Shown here piece after piece: positions 1-9,569 of a stretch of 64,000 nucleotides of DNA (position 1 is its first letter; the number at the start of each line of letters is the position of its first letter). The DNA is from Octopus sinensis (Eukaryota): positions 16,740,001-16,804,000 of the forward strand of contig NC_043016.1 in the NCBI RefSeq assembly GCF_006345805.1, written 5' to 3'. The notes under the pieces were generated by a model. The model was given only the letters and a program-made list of their open reading frames with translations, did no database searches and was not told the DNA's origin. Position numbers and translations under genes: made by a program.

Positions 1-201
1 TCTAACTACTGGGCCATGTTCCTACACAGATATTACACAGTTCTTCAAAAAACAAAACAAGGTATTAAACCTCTTACCTCAGTTCTTACAATTACTGGAC
101 TTGACAGTCCATTACAAATTGAGGTGCTGAGCCCCTTACAAACAATAACAGACAAACATTTAGGCACTAAAGCCTCTTTATCCTTCCTCCCCGACCAGGC
201 T
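1..201 (-). mobile_element. 3'-region fragment of the ORF1-only Tx1-like element family (continues off the window)
   Basis: Shares GGTATTAAACCTCTTAC, CTTACAAACAATAA and CCCGACCAGGCT with 26538-26726. Confidence 0.65.
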
Positions 202-850
202 GTTAGTATGCCAGGTAAATACTTAGTTGTATTTCGTCTGCTTTGACATTCTGAGTTCAAATTCTGCTGAGGTCAACTTTGCTTTTCATCCTTTTGGAAT
301 CAAAAAGAAATAAGCATCAGTTTTACACTGGGGTTCATTCAATCGACTCCAACATATTTCCTCAAAATTTCAAGTCTTGTACTTAGAGTAGAAAGGGTTG
401 TTGTTGTTGTTATGAAGCACTGAGATGGCAGAATTTGTTAACAGAGTAGACAAAATGTTCTGAGTTCAAATTTTCCTGAGGTTGACATTTCCTTTCATCC
501 TTTTGAAGCTCGATGAAATAACTATCAGTCAAGTACCAGGATTGATGAAATTGACTAAACCCGTCTCTTTAAATTTCTGGCCCTTTTGCCTATTGCACAA
601 AGGATTATTATAAGTGTCGAGCTGGCAGAAATGTTAGCACGCCAGTCAAAATGCTTAGTGGTATTTTGTGTGCCGTTACGTTCTGAGTTCAAATCCCACC
701 GAGGTTGACTTTGCCTTTCATCCTTTCAGGGTCGATAAATTAAGTACCAGTTACGCACTGGGGTCGATGTAATCAACTTAAACCGTTTGTCTGTCCTTGT
801 TTGTCCCCTCTATGTTTAGCCCCTTGTGGGCAATAAAGAAATATGAATGG
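202..850 (+). mobile_element. Three head-to-tail copies of tRNA-derived SINE family B
   Basis: Repeated GGCAGAA..GTTAGCACGCC...TTCTGAGTTCAAAT..GAGGTCGACTTTGCCTTTCATCCTTT...GATAAATTAAGTACCAG body, separated by GTT/ATT tails. Confidence 0.85.
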
Positions 851-867
851 ATTATTATAGAGGAGCA

Positions 868-1040
868 GATCTTTTCCCTTTGAACAGCAAATCGAGAAAT
901 TAATTTTTTGTAACTAAACACTTTGAAACTTCGGACACTGGTAGAATGTGTCATATAAAACATCTTTTACTCTTAACGTTTAGGGCAAAGTTTTGTCTTT
1001 TAGAAGATATTTCATGTTGAAGTTGTTGCATTTCAAAATT
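868..1040. mobile_element. Partial copy of the long-TIR MITE seen whole at 50146-51001
   Basis: TTTTTGTAACTAAACACTTTGAAACTTCGGACACTGGTAGAATGTGTCAT shared with 50180-50230. Confidence 0.75.
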
Positions 1041-1152
1041 CAAATTCTACTGAGGTTGAGTTTTCCTTGTATTTCAACTGTTCTCATCCCCTTAAAATAT
1101 TTGCTCTCCTCTTAAAATTTAAAATTGTCATTTTTCTTTTTTTTTTCCACAG

Positions 1153-1225
1153 CCTTTCCAAAGTCAAGAACTGTATGATAATTCTATGTCTCTGGTGAAA
1201 AACACAAATTCAGCTGTTGTTTTAG
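1153..1225 (+). CDS. MRCK: MRCK/CDC42BP exon A (first in window; gene starts upstream): PFQSQELYDNSMSLVKNTNSAVVL(D)
   Basis: ttccacAG acceptor, G|GTAAAT donor, 73 nt, phase 0 to 1. Resembles the vertebrate MRCK CNH start AYDSTLPLIKTTQAAAIID (recalled). Confidence 0.88.
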
Positions 1226-1264
1226 GTAAATATTTACTCTTAAATTTTGCATTTGTCATTTTTT

Positions 1265-1305
1265 CCAGTGCACCAGCATGGCCACAGCTCTAAGCTGAAA
1301 CTAAA
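1265..1305 (+). mobile_element. Extreme 3' tip of a CR1 LINE
   Basis: CCAGCATGGCCACAGCTCTAAGCTGAAACTA matches the CR1 end at 38731-38764. Confidence 0.6.
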
Positions 1306-1342
1306 GGAAAAAGTAGAGGTTTGTGTTCATCAGCATCATCAT

Positions 1343-1700
1343 TTAATGTCTATTCTTTTACTTGTTTTAGTCATTTTGACTGCGGCCATGCTGGAGCACC
1401 GCCTTTAGTCGAGCAGGACTTATTCTTTGTAAGCCTAGTACTTATTCTATCGGTCTCTTTTGACAAAGCGCTAAGTTACGGGGATGTAAAGACACCAGCA
1501 TCGGTTGACAAGTGATGTTTGTGGGACAAACACAGACACACAAACATCTACATACATATATATGACGGACTTCTTTCAGTTTCCATCTACCAAATCCACT
1601 CACAAGGCTTTGGTCAGCCCAAGGCTATAATAGAAGGCACTTGCCCAAGGTGCCACGCAGTGGGACTGAACCCGAAACCATGTGGTTGGTAAGTTATGGT
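1343..1700 (-). mobile_element. SINE family A copy
   Basis: Reverse complement of the SINE A consensus (tRNA head, CCTTGGGCAAGTGTCTT core, internal (TA)n, 3' GGCGGTGCTCCAGCATGGCCGCAGTCAAATGACTGAAAC). Confidence 0.9.
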
Positions 1701-2097
1701 TGAAAATGGGGTGCAGCCAATTTTAGTGGGAAGTCCTATAAGGAATCAGTTTTGATTTTTCACCTCAAATAGGACTTAACTGAATACAATATTGCTGATT
1801 CAAAACCATCTAAATTTATACTTTAAAGTTGGTTTTCACACCCAACCCAGTTCTGCAGAATCGGTGTTGTGATGGGAGTGCATGGGTTGGGAGTTTGATC
1901 AGCAGAGGTGATCAGGTTGCATATACCAGCCCTTTCAATACACCACACCCATCATCTAACCCACCTTTGGCCATGGGTTGGGAACCCTTCCAGCAAGGAA
2001 AATAGAACACCCAAAAGGGCTCCCAATCCTCTGTCAAAAGCGGTTATATTCATATCACAACAAAGTCTTAAGTATATCTCTATATATACATACATAC

Positions 2098-2480
2098 AGG
2101 TGCAGGAGTGGGTGTGTGGTAAGTAGCTTGCTTACCAACCACATGGTTCTGGGTTCACTCCCACTGCATGGCACCTTGGGCAAATGTCTTCTAATATAGC
2201 CTCGGGCCGACCAGAGCCTTGTGAGTGGATTTGATAGACGGAAACTGAAAGAAGCTCGTCATATATATATATATGTGTGTGTGTGTATGTTTGTGTGTCT
2301 GCTTGACAACCGATGGTGGTGTGTTTACGTCCTCGTAACTTTGCGGTTCAGCAAAAGAGACCGATAGAATAAGTACTAGGCTTCCAAAGAATAAGACCTG
2401 GGGTTGATTTGCTTGACTAAAGGCGGTGCTCCAGCATAGCCGCAGTCAAATCACTGAAACAAGTAAAAGTGTAAGGAGTA
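2098..2480 (+). mobile_element. SINE family A, full length (tRNA-derived head, internal microsatellite, CR1-like tail)
   Basis: A-box-like GGAGTGG.TGTGTGGTAAG and B-box GGTTCA.TCCC. More than 20 further full or half copies occur in the window (e.g. 14635-15025, 19405-19575, 22170-22320, 22495-22862, 31110-31270, 32020-32200, 39745-40065, 41822-41990, 51975-52575, 62285-62640). Confidence 0.9.
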
Positions 2481-2846
2481 CACACACATGTTCATGTATG
2501 TGTGTTTCCTATATATCAACAAAACACTTTTTTCGTCGATGGAAAAAAAACAAGAAAAGTCTTAACAAAAACTAGGAGCAGACTTAACTCCTGTTTGCAA
2601 ACAATGGTGATTTCTCCAACTTGAAAACTGTTAAAAGTTTTGATTGAAAATTAATTTTTACTGCTATTCGCAGGTGCCTTTAGGGAAAATAATTTGATGA
2701 AAATACAGCTAGGGTCATGACAAATATCCTCCTAAATTTGGAGCAACATGCGTGCTAGTTTGTGGACATGCATAAATTACATACATATATATACATATTG
2801 ATTATTGATTTTATTTAAACATTTATTGATGTAATTTATTTCTTAG

Positions 2847-2909
2847 ATTCCAGCAAATTGCTTATAGGAACTGAAGACGGGCTGTATATAGCTGAATTAA
2901 CAAAAGACA
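2847..2909 (+). CDS. MRCK: MRCK exon B: (D)SSKLLIGTEDGLYIAELTKD
   Basis: ttcttAG / GTAAGT, 63 nt, phase 1 to 1. CNH LLIGTEDGLY motif. Confidence 0.95.
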
Positions 2910-2968
2910 GTAAGTAATTTTGTATGCTTGTCTAATCTGTTCTGCTTCTGTCTCACTGTTGTTTGTAT

Positions 2969-3733
2969 TACCGCAGATCCTTGAATATAATCCGCATTTT
3001 TTCACCAAAATTTAAAGGTCAAAACCCCAAGTGCGTACTATATACAAGGTTAAAAATGAAAAATATTTTCTAAGCAATGTTCGAGTCTCTATTTGCTGTC
3101 CGGCAATGTTTATTCAGGCACATTTTGTGATGTCGGGCGTGAAAATACCTTAAGCTAAGCCTGGAAGCAATGAAATCATAAAAGAATCATCCATAACTTG
3201 CAGTAAGCAACATTTATTAAACGTTATTACTGTTATTACTTTATTTTCTGAGTATAATACGCAGGGGATTTTTAGGGGGCTGTACCTTTGAAAAACCTAA
3301 ACCTTGTGTATAATACACACTCCTTCTTTAACTTGAGTCAGGGAGGTCTATATAACGTCCTTGGTTTGTAAAAATGTATACGGTAACGTCCTTTATTATT
3401 ATTGTATATATAACACAATGCAAACGTGTAGCTTTTTTGTACATTTTGTTTGCAGAAAATAAAGAAATAACAGTAATAACGTTTAATAAATGTTGCTTAC
3501 TGCAAGTTATGGATGATTCTTTTATGACTTCATTGCTTTCAGGCTTAGCTTAAGGTATTTTCGCACCCGACATCACAACATGCGTCTGAATAAACATTGC
3601 CAGACAGCAAATAGAGACTAGAACATTGTCTAGAAAATATTTTTCATTTTTCACCTGGTTTATAGTACACACTAGGGATTTTGACCTTTAAAATTTGGGG
3701 GAAAATGCTGATTATACTCGAGGATTTACAGTA
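2969..3733. mobile_element. pogo/Tc2-type (TcMar) MITE fold-back: inverted right-end half plus near-complete copy
   Basis: TA-CCGCAGATCCTTGAATATAA ... TTATACTCGAGGATTTACAG-TA; arms 2971-3250 and 3453-3731. Confidence 0.85.
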
Positions 3734-3931
3734 GTTGTAAGATAGTAGATTTCAATAGATATGGTAACAAATGGGCTAAAGTGATCTTTTTCCATGAAAA
3801 GTTTGTATAATTAACTTAATAATGGCAAAGTTATTTAATTAAATTTTTCATTATTTTTAAAATTAAAATGCCATGTATCATGTCTGTTTAAAAATTACAT
3901 GGTTTTTAAATTTCCACTTTCAACTTTACAG

Positions 3932-4021
3932 TTTTTACTCGTATTGGTGACAAAAGTGATAAGAAAGCCGTGTACCAGATGGAATTAATCGCTGAAGAAC
4001 AGTTAGTTGTTTTTATCAGTG
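3932..4021 (+). CDS. MRCK: MRCK exon C: (I)FTRIGDKSDKKAVYQMELIAEEQLVVFIS(G)
   Basis: ctttacAG / GTAAGT, 90 nt, phase 1 to 1. Matches the MRCK IRVGDNKKIHQIELIP..QLVAVISG pattern. Confidence 0.95.
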
Positions 4022-4992
4022 GTAAGTACAAATTTATTCACTCTAATACGTACATGGAACTGCCTAAAATGTTTATATATTAAGTTTCGATACCATCTTA
4101 CAAGATTCTTGCTGTGAAATTGTTGAAACAGATATTGTGATATTTTTGGGGACAGTCATTTTGACAATAAACACATGCACTGTGTATTTGGTCTTCACTT
4201 CAGTTTTACTATTATTATTATTCAGTAGTTTTATTTTTATCCCATTTTGTTTCTTCATGATCTCTGATAACTATATCTGGCCAATTGGCCTTAATGTCTC
4301 TATCTGTTATTATTATTATTATTCAGTAGTTTTATTTTTATAGTTGCCTTGGTTATGTGCTATGGTTTGCTGTGATGCTCTTATGGTTACTGTATTGAAA
4401 GTGTTTTGTGTAGGATGTGTGCAGTACCCAGTAGTGCAATTTTCTGTATGTTATATATATTTGTTAGCCCTGGTGTTTTTGTTATGTATTTGTCTGAATA
4501 TTTTTTTATCGTACATGCGTCCTCTATTCTAGGAATTGTTTCTGTTTTTAGATTCCACATTCTAGTTACCTCTATTTCCAGGTCTTGGTATTTTGAGAGT
4601 TTCTCTATTTCTTTTAGAGAAACGTTGTCATCTGCTGATATTCATACATCAATCAGAAAGCTTTTTTTTTCTTCATGATCTCTGATAATTATATGTTGCC
4701 TGTTGGCCTTAATTTCTATATCTGTTATTATTGTTATTATTATTATTGTTATTGTTGTTGTTATTATTATTATTATTATTATTTCTGATAGGGCACAGAA
4801 AGTGTGTCAATAGCTAGCTGGAGGAGGTGTCCTCCTGGGACTAAAAGCTACAGTGGCATCCACCCTTAAGGGTTATCCACATTTAAGTGGCAAATATACT
4901 TCACGGTGTCATGCAGCGACTGTTTGTATCTTGCTCAGAGATTTATTATTGATTATTTACACTTTTTCGAGATCAGTGACTTTTTGTCAGTG

Positions 4993-6001
4993 GACAAAGA
5001 ATATATGTATTTGCAGCTTTATCCATTTTGAGAAAAAGAAATGTGTAAATAATTCTTTTATTTGTATAAAAAATAGAGAATCAGAACGAGACGGATCTAA
5101 AGTGGCATCAACCTTCTCCTGAATCTGAGAATGCACTGAAGTAAAAGTTCAAAACTTAGAAGCATAAATTCTTTGAAATGGTGCCAGAATATGTGCTGCC
5201 AGGCATACGACAACGCAAGTTGCTCAAAAATGAAATGACACAAAACAAATAAACTCGTTTGAGTGCTAAAATTAAAAGTTAATTTTGACCGGGTATACCC
5301 GTGCTGGTTCTAAAAAGATACATTTACGATGCACGATTAACTATTTGTTTTGTGTCATTTCATTTTTGAGCAACCATGAATTTACTTGCGTTGTCGTATG
5401 CCTGGCAGCACATATTCTGGCACCATTTCAAAGAATTTATGCTTCTAAGTTTTGAACTTTTACTTCAGTGCATTCTCAGATTCAGGAGAAGGTTGATGCC
5501 ATTTTAGATCCGTCTTGTTCTGATTCTCTATTTTTTATACAAATAAGAGAATTATTTACACATTTCTTTTTTCAAAATGGATGAAAACTTCAATATATTC
5601 AGCAATCACGAGAGCGGTTTTTCATTTCACAATCTGGAAAGCTCTGGCGATGAATTAGACACGTGTAGTTCAGACTCTGACAATTTTTCAGAAAATGACA
5701 AGGAAGATAATCAGATAGATGCACGTGCATGGCACGAAATCAATTGCTTGTCTGATTCGAAGAGAAAGCAGATACATGTGTGATATCTGCAAGATAACTT
5801 TGTGTGTAACTCCTTGTTTTCAAAATTATCATTCTAAATACACTGTATATCTCATTTTTTAAAAATTTTCTTTTCATTTAAAAGCAAAACATCTTAGAAA
5901 AAAATCAAAGATCGTTAAGTTGTATGTACTTTTTCAATGTCCGAGTTAACTCATTTAAATCCAAATGAGTAAAAACTCGGGATAATCCATTGAGGGGTTA
6001 A
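4993..6001 (+). mobile_element. Internally deleted piggyBac with an inverted duplication of its left part
   Basis: Ends CCATTGAGGGG-TTAA (5998-6001). Acidic transposase N-terminus MDENFNIFSNHES...SSDSD (5577) is fused to the C-terminal Cys-rich YMCDICKITLCVTPCFQNYH. Confidence 0.85.
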
Positions 6002-6048
6002 ATATATTAATTATCTTTAACAACATTTTTATTTTATTTTCTGATCAG

Positions 6049-6372
6049 GAAAACAACGGCATGTTAAACTGCTACAAATGTCCGCTCAAGGCTGGTCCGA
6101 AAATGACCCAATCAAGATAACTGAAACAAAAGGCTGTCATTTATTTTGCACTGGATTAATTCGACAAGGATCAACATCTTGTCTATGTGTAGCTATCAAA
6201 AGGACTATACAAGTTTATGAACTTACAAAAACCAAGCTACGTCAGCGCAAACTGAAAGATGTACAAGTGCCAGGGTGTGTTCAGTTTTTGGAGATGATGA
6301 ATGAACGGCTTTGCGTTGGATATCCTTCATGTTTTGCTATTTATAGTGTGCAAGGAGATGGAGCTCCTATGA
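6049..6372 (+). CDS. MRCK: MRCK exon D, CNH core: (G)KQRHVKLLQ...KITETKGCHLF...LCVAIKRTIQVYEL...RLCVGYPSCFAIYSVQGDGAPM
   Basis: gatcAG / GTAAGT, 324 nt, phase 1 to 1. Contains ORF-track ORF 6078-6380. Confidence 0.97.
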
Positions 6373-6506
6373 GTAAGTAAATTTAAAGTCTTCTACCATT
6401 TTTACTACGAGAAATTGCTTTATATTCTAAACTCTCTTTTGTTCAGGAATGTCATGTTTAAAGCCATTGTCTGAGTCAAACAATCATGGGCTAATGGAAG
6501 TAATGT

Positions 6507-7075
6507 GAAGGCGCGTGGTTTAGTGGTTAGGGGCATTTGGCTCATGATCGTAAGGTCATGAGTTCAATTCCCAGTGGCGCGTTGTGTCCTTGAACAGGAT
6601 ACTTTATTTCATGTTGCTCCAGTCCACTCAGCTGGCAAAAAGGGGTAGAACCTCTGTTTCAAAGGGCCAGCCTTATTTCTTTACTACCCACAGAGGGGAC
6701 AAACAAGGACGGGCAAACAGATTAAGTCGATTATATCAACCCCAGTGCGTAACTGGTACTTATTTAATCAACCCTGAAGGGATGAAAGGCAAAGTCGACC
6801 TCGGCGGAATTAGAACTCTGAACGTAGCAGCAGACGAAATACCACTAGGTGTGCTAACATTTCTTCCAGCTCGCCACCCTATCACACTGTGTCACACTCG
6901 GTGCCAGCCTTGTCACACTCTGTGTCACGCTGAATCCCCCCGAGAACTACGTTAAGGTTACATGTGTCTGTGGAGTGCTCAGCCACTTGCACGTTAATTT
7001 CACGAGCAGGCTGTTCTGTTGATCGTATCTGCTGGGGCCCCCGTCGTTGTAACCAATGGAGTGCTCCTTGAATGA
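6507..7075 (+). mobile_element. SINE family C (tRNA head, CORE-like GTGTCCTTG..CA.GA.ACTT) with a nested reverse SINE B at about 6674-6880
   Basis: GGCGCGTGGTTTAGTGGTTAGGG...GAGTTCAATTCCC head. The body GGGCCAGCCTTGTCACAC...GAACTAC.TTAAGG is shared with 24481-25324. Confidence 0.75.
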
Positions 7076-7594
7076 AAGCATTTATAAGGATGGCCCCTTT
7101 TTAATACACAAATAAAATAGGTGGTCTGATCCAAAAGTATCAGGACAGTTGCTATGGTAACAGAGCTTAGGAACAAAAAAATGAAGCTGCCTGGCACAGA
7201 CTGTCCTTGAACTTTGTCACGCATAATGTTCTCACTCACTTCAGTTGATTATAGGAGTGCTTGGGTATAAAGTATGCAGAGTGTGGTCATCTCACCATAC
7301 CGCAGAGGTTCCATCAGTGACCATGGCATGTCGTCCATCATCATCATCATCGTTTGTCTGCTTTCCATGCTGGCTTGGGTTGGACGATTTGACTGAGGAC
7401 TGGCACACCAGATGGCTGCACCAGGTTGCAATCTGATCTGGCAGAGTTTTTACAGCTGGATGCCCTTCCTAATGCCAACCACTCTGAGAGTGTAGTGGGT
7501 GCTTGTATAAGTGAAGTACATCAATATCAAAATAAAAATCAAATGGAAATTGTAGTTGCCGGTGGCATGTAAAATGTACTATCCGAATGTGGCC

Positions 7595-7905
7595 GAATCA
7601 TCCATAACTTGCAGTAAGCAACATTTATTAAAATAAAAGTATTCAGAACACAGAATAACATGTAAAAAAAACAATTTGCAAACATATTTACATTCCCATA
7701 TAACAGTTAAGAACATCACCATTATTGTATTATGCATGCGCGGAAGTGTTTGTTCAACTTGGTGCTGCTGACTTAATTACGCACGACTCAAGTTAGAGAA
7801 GGGGTGCGTATTATACACAAGGTTTAAGTTTTTCAGAAGTACAGCCCCCTAAAAATCCCCTGTGTATTATACTCAAGGGCGGACTATACTCGAGGATTTA
7901 CAGTA
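7595..7905 (-). mobile_element. pogo/Tc2 MITE, partial copy
   Basis: Ends TATACTCGAGGATTTACAG-TA; homologous to 3180-3330 and 42420-42628. Confidence 0.8.
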
Positions 7906-8365
7906 AGCAGTTCAAATGTAAGATCTGTGCTTTTGTATGGCTCTGAAACATGGAGAGCCAGCTGCAGCAAGAACAAAAAGATCCAGACCTTCATCAACAA
8001 ATGTCTCTGTCGAACCACTTCAGATGGAAGAACTGCCAGAGTGTCAAACACCGACCTGTGGGAAAGGGCCAACCAGGAGCCCGTACATGTTCAGATTAGA
8101 CAAAAGAAATGGAGATGGATCGGGCATACACTGCGGAAAGAACCCTCAAATGTGACACAACAAACACTTGACTGGAACCTGCAGGGGAAAAATGAAGCGA
8201 GGATGCCTGAAGCAGACATGGAAGCGGAGCATTTTGGACGAGCTCAGGACCACCGGCCTCACATGGGAAGCAGCCAAGAAACACGCCAATGACCGCAAAA
8301 AGTGGGAAACAACTGTTGAGGCCCTACGCTCAATAAGGGGCAAAAAGGATTAAGAAGAAAAAGCC
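7906..8365 (+). mobile_element. 5'-truncated RTE-clade LINE, ORF2 C-terminus (frameshifted)
   Basis: SNVRSVLLYGSETW...WRWIGHTLRK...WNLQGK/KRG..KQTW...W..TVEAL; ends GATTAAGAAGAAAA. Confidence 0.85.
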
Positions 8366-8514
8366 ATGTGATAGAGTTCGGGTTCAATCTATGCCAAGCA
8401 GCTTCATTCTGTTTATAACACTTGATATTTTTTTATCAAACCTTGTATATAGTTTATTGGTTTATTCTCTGTTTTTTGTAAAACAAATAATTTTATCAAA
8501 CTTTCTTTTTACAG

Positions 8515-8622
8515 CTCTTGTGAACGCAGATGATGTCACTTTGAAATTTCTTCACCAAACACCTCTGGATGCATTAGCTGCGGTTGAGATGTCCCATAAA
8601 GAATATTTATTAGTTTTCAATG
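8515..8622 (+). CDS. MRCK: MRCK exon E: (T)LVNADDVTLKFLHQTPLDALAAVEMSHKEYLLVFN
   Basis: tttacAG / GTCAGT, 108 nt, phase 1 to 1. CNH AVE..KEYLL.F motif. Confidence 0.95.
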
Positions 8623-8717
8623 GTCAGTATGTCTCCTCTTTTACGATACTCATCGTCATTTTCTTTAAATGTTAAGGGTTAAATGAAATTTAAATGTAGA
8701 TTTATGTAGATAGATGT

Positions 8718-9230
8718 ATGTATGTGGGTGTGAGTGTGTGTGTGTATACATATGTATTTTTTTTTATGCAAGCATATAGATATGAAAATAAACAGATCAA
8801 CGTACAGACGGATAGGTACATAGGTTATATGAACAGACAAGCACACATGCAAATGGAGACTGAAACACATGACCATATACAACACACACACACACACACA
8901 CACACACTTTACTCCACACAAGGACACATATGGAGACACAGGTCCACACATATAGAGATGCACATCCATACATACATACAAACATGGTACATAGTTACAT
9001 AACACACACAAGGAGACAGAGGTGCATACATATACAGACACACGCTCACACACACATACATAGAAAATAAACAAACACGGATTTGCAAGCACATGAATAT
9101 ACAGGATACATATATACACATGCACACACACACACACACACACACATACATAAATACACACACACATACATATGTACATGCATGCATGTATAGGCACACA
9201 CACTGACTCACACACATGCGCACAAACAAA
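8718..9230. repeat. CA/TA-rich low-complexity tract
   Basis: (CA)n and CATA runs; this is the source of the spurious 247-aa ORF. Confidence 0.85.
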
Positions 9231-9569
9231 CAAAAGGGAACGCAATGTAAATAACGGACAGTCAAAACTATTGAAAAGGTTGCAAGACGCAACAAAAATT
9301 TTAGGAAAATGAAAGTAAGAAATAAGTGGAAATTTTACCGGTGAGTGTGTTACATTATAAGGCACAAAAAGAAAATGACGCTCCCCAGACACAACAGAAT
9401 ATGCTTCAACACACAAGCTCATATAAAGAATCTTGCAAACGAAATTTAAATAATTTTATATTTTGAATTTAACTGTATTGAAAATAAATTAAGAGCAACG
9501 CTAAGAGTCATGGAAAGAAGGGATGCTGAAGATTAACCCAGTGGATAAATGAAGAAACAAGAGGATAGG

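Noticed and set aside
5577-5783. Domesticated PGBD-like gene (also ORFs 28054-28416 and 45700-45930)
   Set aside because: Only termini remain, the DDD core is deleted, there is a shared premature stop, and TTAA/TIR ends are still present: non-autonomous transposons.
6507-6585. tRNA-like sequence (also 17640-17705, 24481-24550 and all SINE A/B heads)
   Set aside because: A/B boxes are present, but there is no complete cloverleaf and each continues into a repeated SINE body, so these are SINE heads, not tRNA genes.
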